Of a stretch of DNA of 64,000 bases, positions 10,901 to 22,898 are shown one piece after another. Numbering within the stretch: position 1 is the first letter of the stretch; each line of letters opens with the position of its first letter. The position numbers were made by a program, and so were the translations under genes. The notes below the pieces were generated by a model. That model was not told the DNA's origin, did no database searches, and worked only from the letters and a program-made list of their open reading frames with translations. The stretch is from Microthyrium microscopicum (lineage: Eukaryota): NCBI GenBank assembly GCA_010405405.1, contig MU004236.1, forward strand, positions 632,576 to 696,575, in the 5' to 3' direction.

Positions 10901-12916
10901 GCTTCCCCCACTGCCACTATCATCGTCAGTCATATCGGTGGACTCGTCCTCCGAATTCTCCAGCAATTGATCTGGAACTTCATCCACTTTGAGATTCTTA
11001 TAAGCAGAAAAATCATCGTCGACTTCCGACTCAACACTCGAGTGTGGTGACTTTAGGTCGGATTTAGAATAATCTGCTTTGTCCTCATCTTCTGCATCCG
11101 AGTTATTGGCGTTGCATTCTTCGTCTGCACTTGAAGAGTCGGGTAGCTTCGAATCGAGTACATGGGCATATTTTGCCATGAGTTGCTCCTGGGTAAGCTC
11201 TTGATCATCATCAGCTTGTTCTTGGCTGTCTTCTTCCTCATCACTGCTCTCGGAAAGATTCTCGTCATCCTCAGTGGCCCCTCCAGCAGCATCAGACTCT
11301 TCATCCTCGAATTCGACCTCGGAATTGAAAGCAACCGAATGGCGGCGTGAGCTCATCATTTCGCTAGTAGCTTCGGCTGATGATTCCCGAAATTGATTGT
11401 CCAGTATTTTGGTAGATTGTTCCAGCATTTCATCGAGGTGACGATTGCCTAACGCTTCTTGGTCTCTTTCCCAGTTGGCCAGTTTAATGGTGTCCACTTC
11501 TTGTCGTACCATTAACCACTTGTCTTTCACATCTTTTACAATTTGCTTGTATCGTTTGATTTGATAGTCAAATTCCTCCTGGTAAACCTGGTCCAAGGAT
11601 TTGGCTTCTCGTAGAAATGCCCATCTGTCTTCAGTCGCAATTGCTGTTTGAACGTGTTTGGCAACTTTGGAGGCTTCCTGCATATGTCTATGGACTTCTC
11701 GACTGCGCAAAGTGGAAAAATAAACCGCGTGCTGCGCGACAAATGCCCAATGAGCGTATTTTGTAACAGGTTCAGGAAAAGCTTTGAACGCAAATCTAGT
11801 GCATCGGCCATCACTTAGAACCCCTCCTTCTTCAGCGGCTTCAGTTATGCGCAATCGAGTTTTTGCTTCATTAAGCACTTGGTCGGTATTAGAAGGATAA
11901 GCTTCACCTTCGAGGGGGTCGTCTTTTGACGCCCACTCTTCAAAAGACTCGAAAGTCTTGGGTGGTACAAGGTGCTTCGGATGTTGGCGAAAGGTAGGAG
12001 CTTCGCGTGTTCTGAGATGCTGTTTCGCATATTTGGTAGGTTCTTCGTATGTAGACACAGAGGCGCGACCACGCCGAGTTTTCGTAGAACGAGAAGTCGT
12101 TTTATACTCTTCAGACTCTAGCGGCGCGTCGCCAGAGGCTCGACGACCTCTTCGCGTTGACTTGGTCTCTGAAGGAGCAGGCGCATCATGATGACGAGAA
12201 GACTTTGGTCTGCCAACCCGTCCCTTTGATGCGGTTGACGCTGACCCATGACCGTTAAGTCCATTTAACTTGATCTTGATCGGCTCATCAGCCAAAGATT
12301 TGCGCGGCCGTCCTGGGCCTTTCTTTGGAGGAGGAGGAGATTCTTCTTGGATAAACCTTGTGCTTTTCCGCCTGCCGCCTACAGTTATAGATGTTGGTCC
12401 CGGTATCAATGCACTCTTCCAAGGTGGTGATTTTGGGCGCTCAAGATTACGAGTTGGTGACTCCTCAACCTTGACAGTAGGAGTTACGGCAGGATTTACA
12501 GCAGCCCTCGATGACTTTCTGCGACCATCCACGATAACAGCCGAAGGTCCATCAGCAGCAATCGCGCGCCAAGGAGGAGACGGCGGCTTTTGCTTCTTGG
12601 CTGAATTGAAAACAGATTTATCAGCGGAGGGAGAAGGAGTATGTGCAGCGAGCTTTTTCGAGGGCGGCGAGGGATCTCGGTCGGGGGAGGAAAAGTGGTC
12701 GAATTTTCGCTTCAAGGAGGCGCCATTAGTAGCCATCTCGACGTGTGCATTTTCATCTGAACGATGGCCATTAGAGCCATTTGTATGGGAAGGTTTGACG
12801 GAATCGACGGGATGGGAAGACGTTGCGGAATTGTCTATATCGTGTTCGTTGTGATTGTTAGTTGAGGAGTAATGTACATCCGAGTGATTTGCGAGGGCAG
12901 CGGATGGCTTGGGCAT
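7964..12916 (-). CDS. SWR1: SWR1 Snf2-family chromatin-remodelling ATPase (H2A.Z deposition)
   Basis: Single long ORF with first ATG at 12916. AT-hook (GPGRPRK), HSA-like region, acidic tract, GILADEMGLGKT, LDEAHNIKNF, LRKVCNHPDLF, split ATPase insert, FPDKRLLQYDCGKLQ, QCQDRVHRIGQTRDVHIYR. Confidence 0.97.
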   Translation of the reverse strand: MPKPSAALANHSDVHYSSTNNHNEHDIDNSATSSHPVDSVKPSHTNGSNGHRSDENAHVEMATNGASLKRKFDHFSSPDRDPSPPSKKLAAHTPSPSADKSVFNSAKKQKPPSPPWRAIAADGPSAVIVDGRRKSSRAAVNPAVTPTVKVEESPTRNLERPKSPPWKSALIPGPTSITVGGRRKSTRFIQEESPPPPKKGPGRPRKSLADEPIKIKLNGLNGHGSASTASKGRVGRPKSSRHHDAPAPSETKSTRRGRRASGDAPLESEEYKTTSRSTKTRRGRASVSTYEEPTKYAKQHLRTREAPTFRQHPKHLVPPKTFESFEEWASKDDPLEGEAYPSNTDQVLNEAKTRLRITEAAEEGGVLSDGRCTRFAFKAFPEPVTKYAHWAFVAQHAVYFSTLRSREVHRHMQEASKVAKHVQTAIATEDRWAFLREAKSLDQVYQEEFDYQIKRYKQIVKDVKDKWLMVRQEVDTIKLANWERDQEALGNRHLDEMLEQSTKILDNQFRESSAEATSEMMSSRRHSVAFNSEVEFEDEESDAAGGATEDDENLSESSDEEEDSQEQADDDQELTQEQLMAKYAHVLDSKLPDSSSADEECNANNSDAEDEDKADYSKSDLKSPHSSVESEVDDDFSAYKNLKVDEVPDQLLENSEDESTDMTDDDSGSGGSDSQESEDEEEEEDEGISNTLGFLYGKDEIQTIAKEAREAKRSQSIQTTGEDLEDEAEVDAESELDSDVEMIEQNLPTSDKASDMDHSVASTPRPDQEAAISTPTTSIIPGTPRSFRTEVSPLLRGSLREYQHDGVDWLAKLYSGGRNGILADEMGLGKTIQTIALLAHLATFHEVWGPHLVVVPTSVMLNWEMEFKKWCPAFKILTYYGDVNERRRLRVGWKDDDKWNVIITSYNLVLQDQQAFKRRDWHYLVLDEAHNIKNFQSQRWQTLLTFKTQSRLLLTGTPLQNNLQELWSLLYFLMPAGVDGGGFADLEKFLNTMKRPADQILDQGRQELDPEAQARVSKLHEILRPYLLRRLKSEVEKQMPSKYEHVVYCRLSKRQRQLYDGFMGRADTKRTLSSGNYMSVMNCLMSLRKVCNHPDLFETRQIVTSLAMPKSVAASYEIKDFMVRRRLLSSRSLDLDFCGLLPAAHEQTRKRHLMRLAQIQATQKFERLAASETERLKDLEKQQSDGSDSVSVRVAIEAQKNIIQDLRNRASHMRRVLAAKPIYGADLIDMVTMPNRFDPRRPNKKDPEFTNAYPYLDKCITISRLMPTLGQVSSQATELITKFACITPTVVAEDVGPLTLTPAGVETVQLAESFRRRIDPFHEARVRLSIAFPDKRLLQYDCGKLQALDKLLRQLQAGGHRALIFTQFTKVLDILEQFLNIHGHRYLRLDGATKVEQRQILTDRFNNDTRILTFILSTRSGGLGINLTGADTVIFYDLDWNPAMDKQCQDRVHRIGQTRDVHIYRFVSEYTIEANILRKSNQKRLLDDVIIQRGEFTTDMFQRVTYRDALEGMINDERATNQDAEASAVFDKFLNNVTEMSNVLDKVEDKEDTAAAKVAQQEIVLGDDVDFDENIKADQQEAMAANPNAAVDKAVEETGSDDPVKNGEIPHVDDYMVRLMTELMVGEPIKLPKSAGAKKKKGGYDYKRRR

Positions 12917-13750
12917 TGCCAGCAGCTGCACGAGTGGTTCAAGGCAAATCCGGTCGAACCACCCTGCGCGACACGAACTGATGATAAAGTATTGAGAATT
13001 TCAGTTGAGAAGAAAGCGAAGAGCAAGCTAGAAACGGTGATGTGGTCAGATTTGAGGAGACGTGTAAAAGAGAAGAGTTGTTGGAGATTGAAGGTGGAAT
13101 CAGATGAATTATTAGGAGATGGAAAAAAGCCGATTCCGCGAGCTGATGGCGCGTCTGGAGGGTCAGTTGTAATGTTGCCTTAGTCTGGACTGTACCTTCT
13201 CAACGTGTGCCTGTGTGCCTGATTCGAGCTTGTCTATCCGTTTCAGTTTTGCGTGCTCAGATCCAGGAGCTGAGATGTCTACTATGACACGGGGACGATC
13301 TAAAGTGCAAATAGCCTGAGGAAGGAGCACCCAGACCCGCTTCTGTATGAGGAAGGAGCACACGGATTACTGCAGGCAATAAGGCAAGAGCGACCTATTG
13401 AACGTCACTGCTCCGTCGGGCCAATAATTTACTAGTCCCTCACTGTTACCTACCACAACTGATAGTGCCTCTCTCACCACTACAACTGTGGGCAATTCGA
13501 GCTTCAAGCAACTCTACCTGCAAATCTACAAACTTCACTTTTATTTATGACCGACAATACCACCCCCTGCTACTTACCCTCTGCTTCCATTTGTCCAACC
13601 GTCACCAAATATCTCTCCAAAACGCCGTGTCATTGCTGGCGGACCTTTACAGTCCCACCTCCTAGGAAATGCGACGTGCCGCAATCCTCAAAATCCACCA
13701 TTTCTTCATGACCGACCCATGAACTCTACTCTTTACAACTCTCCAGCGCC

Positions 13751-16700
13751 ATGGACCCTTCCAAGAAGCGCGCCTTGAGGGAAAACAACTTGAAAGTTTG
13801 GGCGGGGGCTACTGGTGCGCAACAAATATTCCTCGGAGCCTCTTCACCCACCTGCTAACCATATCAGACATCTTTCCTGTCAAACAAAACCAAGACTCCT
13901 CCCTAAAGAAAAACACTGCCTTTATAAAACGTCTGCGCACCGCTATTTCCGCCCCAAATGTTAGCCTATTTCTTACTGAAGTCGCGGGCCTTAGTTTGTA
14001 CAAGTACATGGCCGAGATCATATCGTCGCTTTATGAAGGACTACAGAAACTGAAGACTCCAGCCGATATTGCTGCAAGTGTACAAGTCGTCAGCGCCTTA
14101 CATCAACGGTTCGGACCTGCCGAGTTTACGGGATATCTTGGATGGTATATTGGGCGCGGTTTGAGTACTCCAGACAAGTCGCAACTGAAGGCTCTAGCTC
14201 CAGATGTAAAGGAACGTGAAGAGAAGGATCGGCTTGCTCGTCAACGAGGACTACTGAGAGTGGCTACTGAGCTCTGGCTGGCTGGTGTCTTACGAAGCTT
14301 GGAAGATGTTGTCCGCCCCGAATCGGAAACCAAAGACAAAGACGGTGGCAAGGCTTCAGAACCAACTGCAAAAGCGAAAGCTGCAGCAAATGCCGCAAAA
14401 TCACAGACCGGTGAAAGCGACCCATTCCCACTAGAAGTTCTCAAGGATCTGCTAGGCCATGATCGAGACCATGTGAACCTGCCTCTGGTCGTGATTTTTG
14501 TGAAATCATTTGCCTGGGATGTCCTTGGAATAGTGCCCCGTGGCTCTGACCGTAGACCAGGCGCAGACGATCACGATGATGTCAAAATTGAGGGTTCATC
14601 TGAGCCGGATGCCTCCACCAAAGAACCTCCGCTTGCTAGTCCGGAACTTGCTATCCGATTCAAAAACGTCTTGGCCCGTTACTTTGAAGATGTCAAGGCT
14701 CACATCGTGCGCGATCAAAAAACTCTGACCGCTCAAAATCGCCGAAATGCCGAAGCCTATGTTCGTAGTGGCGAAATTTTTGATGATCGTCAAGCAAACT
14801 TTGAGAAGCAGACTAAAGCTCAAGACAAGCTTATATCGAATGCTCAAGTCCTGGCAGATATGCTGGGAGAAGATATGCCTGACCTCCGCGACAAAGATGA
14901 AGGTCCTACCGTAGGAGAAAACTCCATTGGTCTCGTAAAGGCAGGAGATTATCTCAAAGGACAAAACGACGGGCCTGGAATCTGGGAGGATGAAGAGGAA
15001 CGCCGATTTTACGAGAACCTAATTGACGTCAAAGACCGAGTGCCAACTATCTTGCTGGAGGATGGGAAAAAGAAGAAGCAGGAGAATGAGGATCCAGCCG
15101 GCAAGAAGCAGGACTCAAAGTCTCCTGTCGAGGAATCCACCAGTGCTCCTACTTCAACTGATGTTGAAGATCTGAATGTTGCAATTGCGAACAAATCTGT
15201 TGGTGCACAGGTTGATGGACTGCTAGCCCGACTTCCAGATCTCCACGGAAAGGATTCTGTTGATCAATTCGCCATCGACTTTTGCTTTGTCAATTCCAAA
15301 GCCTCGAGAAATCGACTTGTGAAGGCACTTCTTGATGTTCCAAAAGGCCGAGTCGACCTGCTACCACTTTACTCTCGTATTACTGCGATTCTGAGCAAAT
15401 ATATGCCTGATATTAGTTCCGCTATGATCACCCACCTTGATGACGAATTCCGCAGTCTACAGCGCCGCAAATCCAAAGACTTTCTTGGAGCTGTTCGATT
15501 ACAGAATATTCGCTACTTTGCAGAATTGACAAAATTCGGCATTGTACCCGAACATGTTATCTTCCATTGCTTCAAGGTCTGCCTCGATGATTTGACAAGA
15601 ATGAATATCGAAATACTGGGTCAGCTCATGGAAAACTGTGGGCGTTTTCTTCTTCGCAGTCAAGACACATCTCCACGCATGACCTCTTTCTTGGAAACTT
15701 TGCAACGGAAGAAGGGTGCGCAACACCTCGATCCGCGAGAAAAGTTGATCATAGAAAATGCCATCTATCATGTTAATCCTCCCGAGCGGCCGGCTATTGA
15801 GCAAAAGGAACGAACTCCGATGGAGCTTTTCATCCAAAAGATTATCTATGACGATCTCACAAAGCGCAACGTGGACAAAGTCACCAAGCAAATTCGAAAA
15901 CTTCATTGGGAAGAACAAGAAGTAAGGAAATTATCTTTTAATCCAACCGCACTTTGCTAACGTTGTAGGTTGTCTCAATACTAGAGAAAGTCTTCACCCG
16001 TCCATGGAAGGTTAGGTACAATAATATTCACCTACTCGCCGTGATATTGGGATCGATCCATCGCTATCATCCTCAGTTCGCCATCACCTGTGTCGACGAC
16101 CTCTTGGAGACCATATTTGAAGGTCTGGAGAAAAATGATGTCAAATTCAACCAGCGTCGTATTGCTCAAGGCAAGTACCTTGGGGAACTTTACGCATACC
16201 GCATGATTGATTCATCTGTGGTCTTTGACACTTTATTCAAGATCATTGCATTTGGTCACGAAAACGGTATTCCGAAAACCGATTTTGAGAATCCGTGGGA
16301 CCTGCCAACCGACTTCTTCCGTATAAGACTTGTCTGTACCCTTCTTGAAACTTGCGCCAGCTTTTTTGCCCAAGGTCCGGCTAAGAAGAAGCTGGATTTT
16401 TTTGTTTCCTTCTTCCAGTACTACATAAACACCAAGGACAAGCTCTCTCCGGACATCGAGTTCGCTATCCAGGATGCCTTTGCAGTCATTTCTCCCGACT
16501 TGAAGTTGATCGATAGCTTCGAGGAGGCCGGCAAGGAGTTTTCGGATGCCTGTAAGGAAAATTACCAGACAACCGAAAACGGCAAGGTAACTGCCGAAGT
16601 TGAAGATTTGGATGACGAATCGGTTTCGGACGAGGTAGACGATGACGACGATGCGGTCGCTGATGATGCTGAAAAGTCTTCGGCTGACGAGCTCGAAGTC

Positions 16701-17766
16701 CCCGATCAAGCCGACGATTCTGACGACTCTAACTCTAGTGAAGAAGAGGACGAACAGATTATCGTCACTCGACAGGAAGAAGAGCGAGATCCAGAGGTGG
16801 ATGCCGATTTTGATCGCGAACTTGCCAAGCTCATGGCAGATAGTATGGATTCGAGAAAACTTGAGCGGAAGACTTTGTTTGATGTTCCTCTTCCTATCCG
16901 TCGTAAGGAGCGCGAGGCTGCTGGGGAGGAGCCCCAGTTCACACCTGGTCCATTCCCTGATGCTCCTCACATGAAGTTCAGTCTTTTAAGTAAGAGAGGC
17001 AACAAACAACTGGTATGGCGAATTCGCACATCACAAATTTCTATTTTCCATACGTTGGATCTACGCTAACTCTGTTGTAGACACGGGATATTGACCTGCC
17101 GGCTGACTCTACCTTTGCCGTTGCCATGCGTAGCCAACAGCAGGCGCAAAAGCTAGAGCAAAAGCGCATCAAGGACATCGTGCTGAATCTCGACCTTCGT
17201 GATGACTCGACTGAAGCCACAGATGGTGAAGACCCTTTTTCTTCCCCCCTCAAGCGTAACCCAAATCACTCCAAGCTTTTGTCAAGATCAAATTACGGAG
17301 CAGACACTGTGAACCGCACTCCGACGATTCACAGTTCGTCCGTTCAAGGTCGTCATGTTCAGCATTCTGTGGTTTCTTCTTCTACTTCAAATCATGTTGC
17401 ACCAAAAGCCCGCGTTGTGTCCAACAACGAGAATATTTCTACTCACACCTCATCTCAAGGCACATCTCTCGAGAAGAATCCGCCCAATCCCTATCTACAG
17501 CCTCGCGTCGATAAGGCGGGCAAAGGCCGTGCCAATGCGCGCGGCCGACAGCTGCAAGTCAGCGATCTTGACTGGTATGGTGAAACTGCGAACCCTTCAG
17601 CTTCCTCGACCGACATCCATACGAACGCTGGTCGAGGCCATGGTCGTGGACGCGGGCGCGGGCGTGATGCTGCGCGCGGCCGCTGACGACTGGGCTGTTT
17701 TCTTTTGTCGAGTACCAATATACTATGGCGACTAATGACAATGTTTTGTTGCGCGACAGGACGTGA
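13751..17766 (+). CDS. UPF2: Nonsense-mediated mRNA decay factor Upf2/Nmd2 (three MIF4G domains)
   Basis: ATG at 13751; introns at about 13815-13867, 15921-15969 and 17013-17080, probably also 17226-17459 and 17575-17759. Motifs DSSLKKNTAFIKRLR, GIWEDEEERRFYE, FNQRRIAQGKYLGELY, DFFRIRLVCTLLETC, acidic tract, C-terminal LQVSDLDW. Confidence 0.95.
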
Positions 17767-18363
17767 GAAAAGTGGACCAGAGACGAAATTCTGATTGATA
17801 ATACATCTGGTTCCGACTGATAGTTCGTTCATGTCGTCCGTTCATGTCGTGCAGATGCCCTCCTAGGAGATCCAGACTCCTTGGCTCGCTTTCCTTGGGG
17901 CTCTCATCACCACCTGAACAAGGCTATGTCGTGGTGATGGCTTTTTCCGAATTCTTGGTAAGCAACGAGCGACCATAAACAAAGCACCGCCCCGTCAGCG
18001 ATGATGGATGCAAGAGCAGCGCCGGATGGAGACGCTGTAAAGAGGCTCGTGATAAAAGTCTGCTGAAGGACTGTGATGAGGTCATGGATGATAGTGTTGT
18101 TTTAGAATGCTTCTGATTGTAGTTGTACAGTTCTACAAATTGATATCAAAATCGTTGTTCGTTTTCTTCTTTCATATCAAAACGTTGCCACTGTCGATGG
18201 CTCATGCTAAATCACAGTATGCAGCTTCCCTCCAAAGTCGTGACAGAAAAGTCGTGGCAGGAGCGATGGTCTTCCCTTGTGTTCATACTCTATCCTCAAT
18301 GTTTGTCTAGAATTCGGACCTCCTCCTCTCCATCTCCAACTTCATACAAATTTCACACCAACC

Positions 18364-18779
18364 ATGACAAGTAAGACTCCTCCCTGTCCACCAGCACAAC
18401 CTTCCTCCTCGATCACTTCCCTCTCTTACTCATCCGTCCACCATCTAATAAGACACCCACTAACGTATCTCCAGTCTTGCAACTCGCGTTCGTCCTCGCG
18501 TTCGTCCTCGCGACCATCTTGGTTTATCCCTTCTGGAGACATGCCTTCCGCTTCAAGCTTCTACCCATTGTCTTATGCGTGAAGTGCAGACGCTGGTGTC
18601 GATGTGGAAACGGAATAGCAGTGCTGATCAAGCGTTGCGATGAGTGCGGTCGGACGTGTCGGTGCAGCCTGTTCAAGGAGATCACTTTCATTGATTATGA
18701 TGGCACGGAGGTCGATATGACGAAAGGAAAGCCTGGTACTTTGCATTATACTGTTGAGCCTCCTGAGGGAAAGACTTGA
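18364..18779 (+). CDS. Small orphan membrane-anchored Cys-rich protein (~103 aa)
   Basis: 7-nt exon ATGACAA, intron 18371-18474 (GTAAGA..CTAAC..CAG), exon 18475-18779. N-terminal hydrophobic segment, then CVKCRRWCRC and CDECGRTCRC. Confidence 0.5.
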
Positions 18780-20749
18780 AGCTGTTTACTTGACATGCTC
18801 TTTACTGGTCAGTCTATGGAGTTCGTTGTCGAGTTTTCGTTGGCGAGTTGTGGGAATGGTGCGGTGGTAGTGAGTTATGGATGAGGATGAACAGTGGACA
18901 ATCGAAAATATGTCGACTCACATCAATGGCTCTCATAACCATCATAAACATTATAGAGATCATCAGCATCATCAGCTTTGGTCAAAGTCAACAAGACATC
19001 ACTTCCAGCAACTTCACACTTTCTAGAGGACATGGATCGATACCAACAGCTTTGAACGCCAACCACAACTACACGACCGAACTTGATAATCGAACGCCGC
19101 GAATGAACCAGGTATCGAAGGTCAGCCAGCAATCCGCATCAGTCAGCGATTAAAACTAATCAGCCAATTCGAATACGCGGCCACCACAAGTCCTATGATT
19201 ACCTACACTTTGGCTCGAGGATAAGGAGATAGGCGGCGGCAAGCACGCACTACATAGAGAGTAAATTTTTAGGGTGCAATAACAAGTCAACAGGTTCATT
19301 TGTCGCACCGTTACTTCCCATTGAGCTCGTAGCGCATCCATTTGGCTTTGCTCAAGATTCTGCTAACGACACTGACGGCAACTACAAGAGCCTGACAGCA
19401 AAGACATGAGAGTGCGACTGTTGCGAAGACACTGAATCAGAATTGAAGTGCTCGTTAACAGAAACTGAATAAGACATGAAGCTAGGAACAAGTTCCGATA
19501 TGTTGATAGATGCCTTGATGATTCCAACGGTTATAACCATTAGAATGATATTTCAATATTGCTCGAGAAATAAGCTCAATGATAATACTGATCACTGATC
19601 TTGATCCGAGTTTATCTTAACTTAATCTAAGGTTCCCCCCGGATTGCCAGCCGACCAACGATAGCCCGATTTTCACATCGAACACCCTGTCACTGGAAAT
19701 AAGCAATTGACATAACGTAGAAAACCTTATTACTTTATCTTGAGTATGGCCATATGATTGGATCAACCACACATTATAGGCTACACTAGGCTGATTGACA
19801 GATCTAAAGTAACTAAGCCTTTCAACCGCAACTCTATTTGTGGCAATCTTCAAGTTTATGAATGTGGCCTATGCTACAATAGCGGACCCGCAGCCTTGAC
19901 CTCTGAGTGATAGTAATCTGTGATATCCACACAATAGGATATGGCTTTGTATCTACGTTTTCAAAAGAGACATTAAGCGGCAGTTTCCGCAGTCGAGGAT
20001 TTAATTCTACGCTTACTGATCTCGTTAGGATACATGCGCGTCAACGTGCTTATCAGGAACAAGCTTTCGGGTTATTACCAGGTCCAGGTATAACAATTGC
20101 CCTGGCAGTCCAGGGGCTCATCGATTGACTATCAAGTAGAGCACCAAAGTAATCCGCGGGATGGCTGAAAATATTTTTGCACAGTAGTCACGCCTTTGGT
20201 ATTCGAGAATCGACTATACATGTATCAGCTCTGTGCTACGCCAATGTTTGGATGGCTGTATGGATGGGAACCTACAGGTATCTGAGATCTCGATATGTAC
20301 TTTTCAGTCTGAAAACAAAGACCTATACGACGGTGTCTTCATAAAACATCCGCAAGCCCGCTTACTGTGGTCGTGTGCCTTGGTGAAACACTTCAATATA
20401 TATTATTACTGGCATTTTGTTTTCTGATATTGGTGGTGAACCCAGAGATCACTCCATGTTTCAAGAGCCACAAGCCCCGACTGCCACTGGGCCCGGCCGA
20501 TCATAGAATGTCAATGTTTCTATGGAGGGTTTACCATGCATTCTCGCCTTGTAGATTGTTCGCTTCCTTCTAGTGTGCGGATGGATTACGCAGTTACACT
20601 TTGCTGGGAAAGGGCGGAACTGACGGCGCATCTGTTTATTAGTTCTGAATCGCAGTAACTCAAATTGTTTTCAGGCCATTCAACAGAAGTTGAGCTTTGC
20701 GATTCCTTCCATAGCTGTAGAGCTTTTACAAGACCTGACATCGTTTACT

Positions 20750-22673
20750 ATGGACGACAAGAAAGAAAATGTACAGCATGTTGAGCGCTTCGAGTCTGTG
20801 GTTGATAGCGATAGCTCCCACAGTATTCGGCGTTTTGACCAGCAGGAGACCAAAAGATTGCTGAGAAAGATTGATTGGGTTCTATTACCATTTATAAGTC
20901 TTCTATATCTGTACGTATCTTGATGTTGTTGTAGAACTGCTCTAACTACTAGAAGACTTTCGTTTTTGGATCGGTACGTCCAAGCGTATCAGGTTGGAAG
21001 TTAACATCACTGAACAATACTAGAACGAATATTGGAAATGCTCGCCTTTCTGACTTGGAAGTGGATTTACAAATGGAAGGACTACAGTTCAACGTGCGCA
21101 ACTCTTCTTGTCCAAAGATATATCGCTAACCAATTCAAGTTGGCACTTGCAGCCTTTTTCATTCCATATGCTCTAGGTACGCCAAAATGATGAACTTGAA
21201 GAAGAAATCCAAGTCATTGACCTCGAGCAGTTGAAATTCCTTCTAACTACATGATGAAAATCATGCCTCCATCAATATGGATTCCAACGATTATGGTTGG
21301 CTGGGGTATAGTATGTACATGTATGGGATTGGTCAAAGACTTCACAGGACTCGCGGTCGCAAGAGCATTTCTTGGTCTCACAGAAGGCGGATTGTTCCCC
21401 GGAATATCTTTCTTGTAAGTCCACGAGTTGCTGTTTACATTTCTGAGTGGATTACTGACATCAGCTTAGCATAACACAATGGTATTGCAAACATGAGTGT
21501 GCTCTTCGCCTTTCGATCTTCTTCTCCGCAGCAACGATAGCTGGTGGATTCGGTGGACTATTTGCCAGAGTGCTGACTATGCTCAATGGCAAACTTGGAC
21601 ATCCTGGCTGGGCGTGGATTTTTATCGTCGAGGGCGCTCTGACTATAGTCGTTGGTAGGTTAGCCTTGTTGTAGTAAAACGTACCACGACTGACTTGGCT
21701 AGCTCTCTCTGCTTACAAGGCGATGCAGGATTATCCTGCCACAGCAAAGTTTCTAACAGAGCAAGAGAGGGCAGAAGTTGCTGCTCGCCTTGCTGAGGAT
21801 CGCGATTATCTGACTGAAAGCAATGACAAGAAGTTTGTGTGGGCGGCCATTACAGACTGGAAGACATATGTTTATTCCGCCATGGGAATCTGCTCTGCTG
21901 TGCCAGTGTACTCTCTATCTCTTTTTATGCCCACAATCATCGCAAGTCTGGGATTCAAAAATGCAACAGCACAGTTAATGACCGTCCCGGTCTACACCCT
22001 GGCTTGCATGTTCACGATCACTGGTAAGTTATCGTATCACAAGCATATATCTTCTAGCTGCTGACCATTCGGGAGGTGGCTTTCTTGCCGATAAGTTTAA
22101 GCAACGGGGTGTGTTTATCATAGGATTCACAATGGTAGCGTACGTATCACGATCCTCTCAAGTCAATGAAGCAGCTAACATTGCGTCTGCAGAATTACTG
22201 GATTTATCATACTCATGAACGCCAAAGGCGACAGCGTCAAATACTTCGGTTGCTGCGTAATCGCTTGCGGCATCTTCCCAACAGTCCCTCAAGCCATCGC
22301 ATGGTATGTTCTTGAAATTTGCAACACCTTGTGACATCCGTTTTAATTGCTTGATAGGGCCAGCAATAACGTTGGAGGCTCAACGAAAAAGTCTATCACC
22401 ATCGCTACTTTCGTTATGTTTAGTAATGCCGGAGCTGTTACTTCGAGCTTTATCTATCTGCCAGCAGCAGCACCGAAGTATACTTCTGGACATTCAATCC
22501 TGCTGGGCGCAAACGCCATGACATGCATTATCGCAACGTTCCTGACCACCTGGTTCCGGCGAGAAAATGCGCGGCGAGACGCTATCAAACCAGCTGCAAT
22601 GTATACGAAAGACGAGAAGCTGTTAGACAGCGAGATGGGCGAAAATGCGCGATTCTTTAGATTTACGATATAG
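20750..22673 (+). CDS. MFS transporter, anion:cation symporter (Dal5/Tna1-like) family
   Basis: About 9 introns. Spliced motifs LLRKIDWVLLP, LSFLDRTNIGNARL, EIPSN, RAFLGLTEGGLFPG, WAWIFIVEG, DYPATAKFLTEQER, AQLMTVP, RRENARRD, FRFTI*. Confidence 0.92.
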
Positions 22674-22898
22674 TGCACCGTTCTCGGGGCGATTGGATGG
22701 CAATGCCGGCAGGTGTTTCCATGTAGGATTATAGGACAGATTTGTTGATCATTCTCACGAAAACAGCTGGCAAGGGATAGTCGGTTGGCAGAAATTTGGC
22801 TAAGGTCTTGGATTGTGGTTCATTATCTCATCGGACCTGTTATCTATAACTAATACAACTCTTCCTACTGCAAATGTTTCTGTACTTTAAGAACATAA

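Noticed and set aside
6116..17832. Many long antisense or alternative-frame ORFs over POT1, SWR1 and UPF2 (e.g. 16233-16970 on the minus strand)
   Set aside because: Shadow ORFs of codon-biased real genes; no recognisable domains.
18848..20573. Short ORFs between the small Cys-rich gene and the MFS gene
   Set aside because: No motifs, coding-like composition or consistent splice structure.
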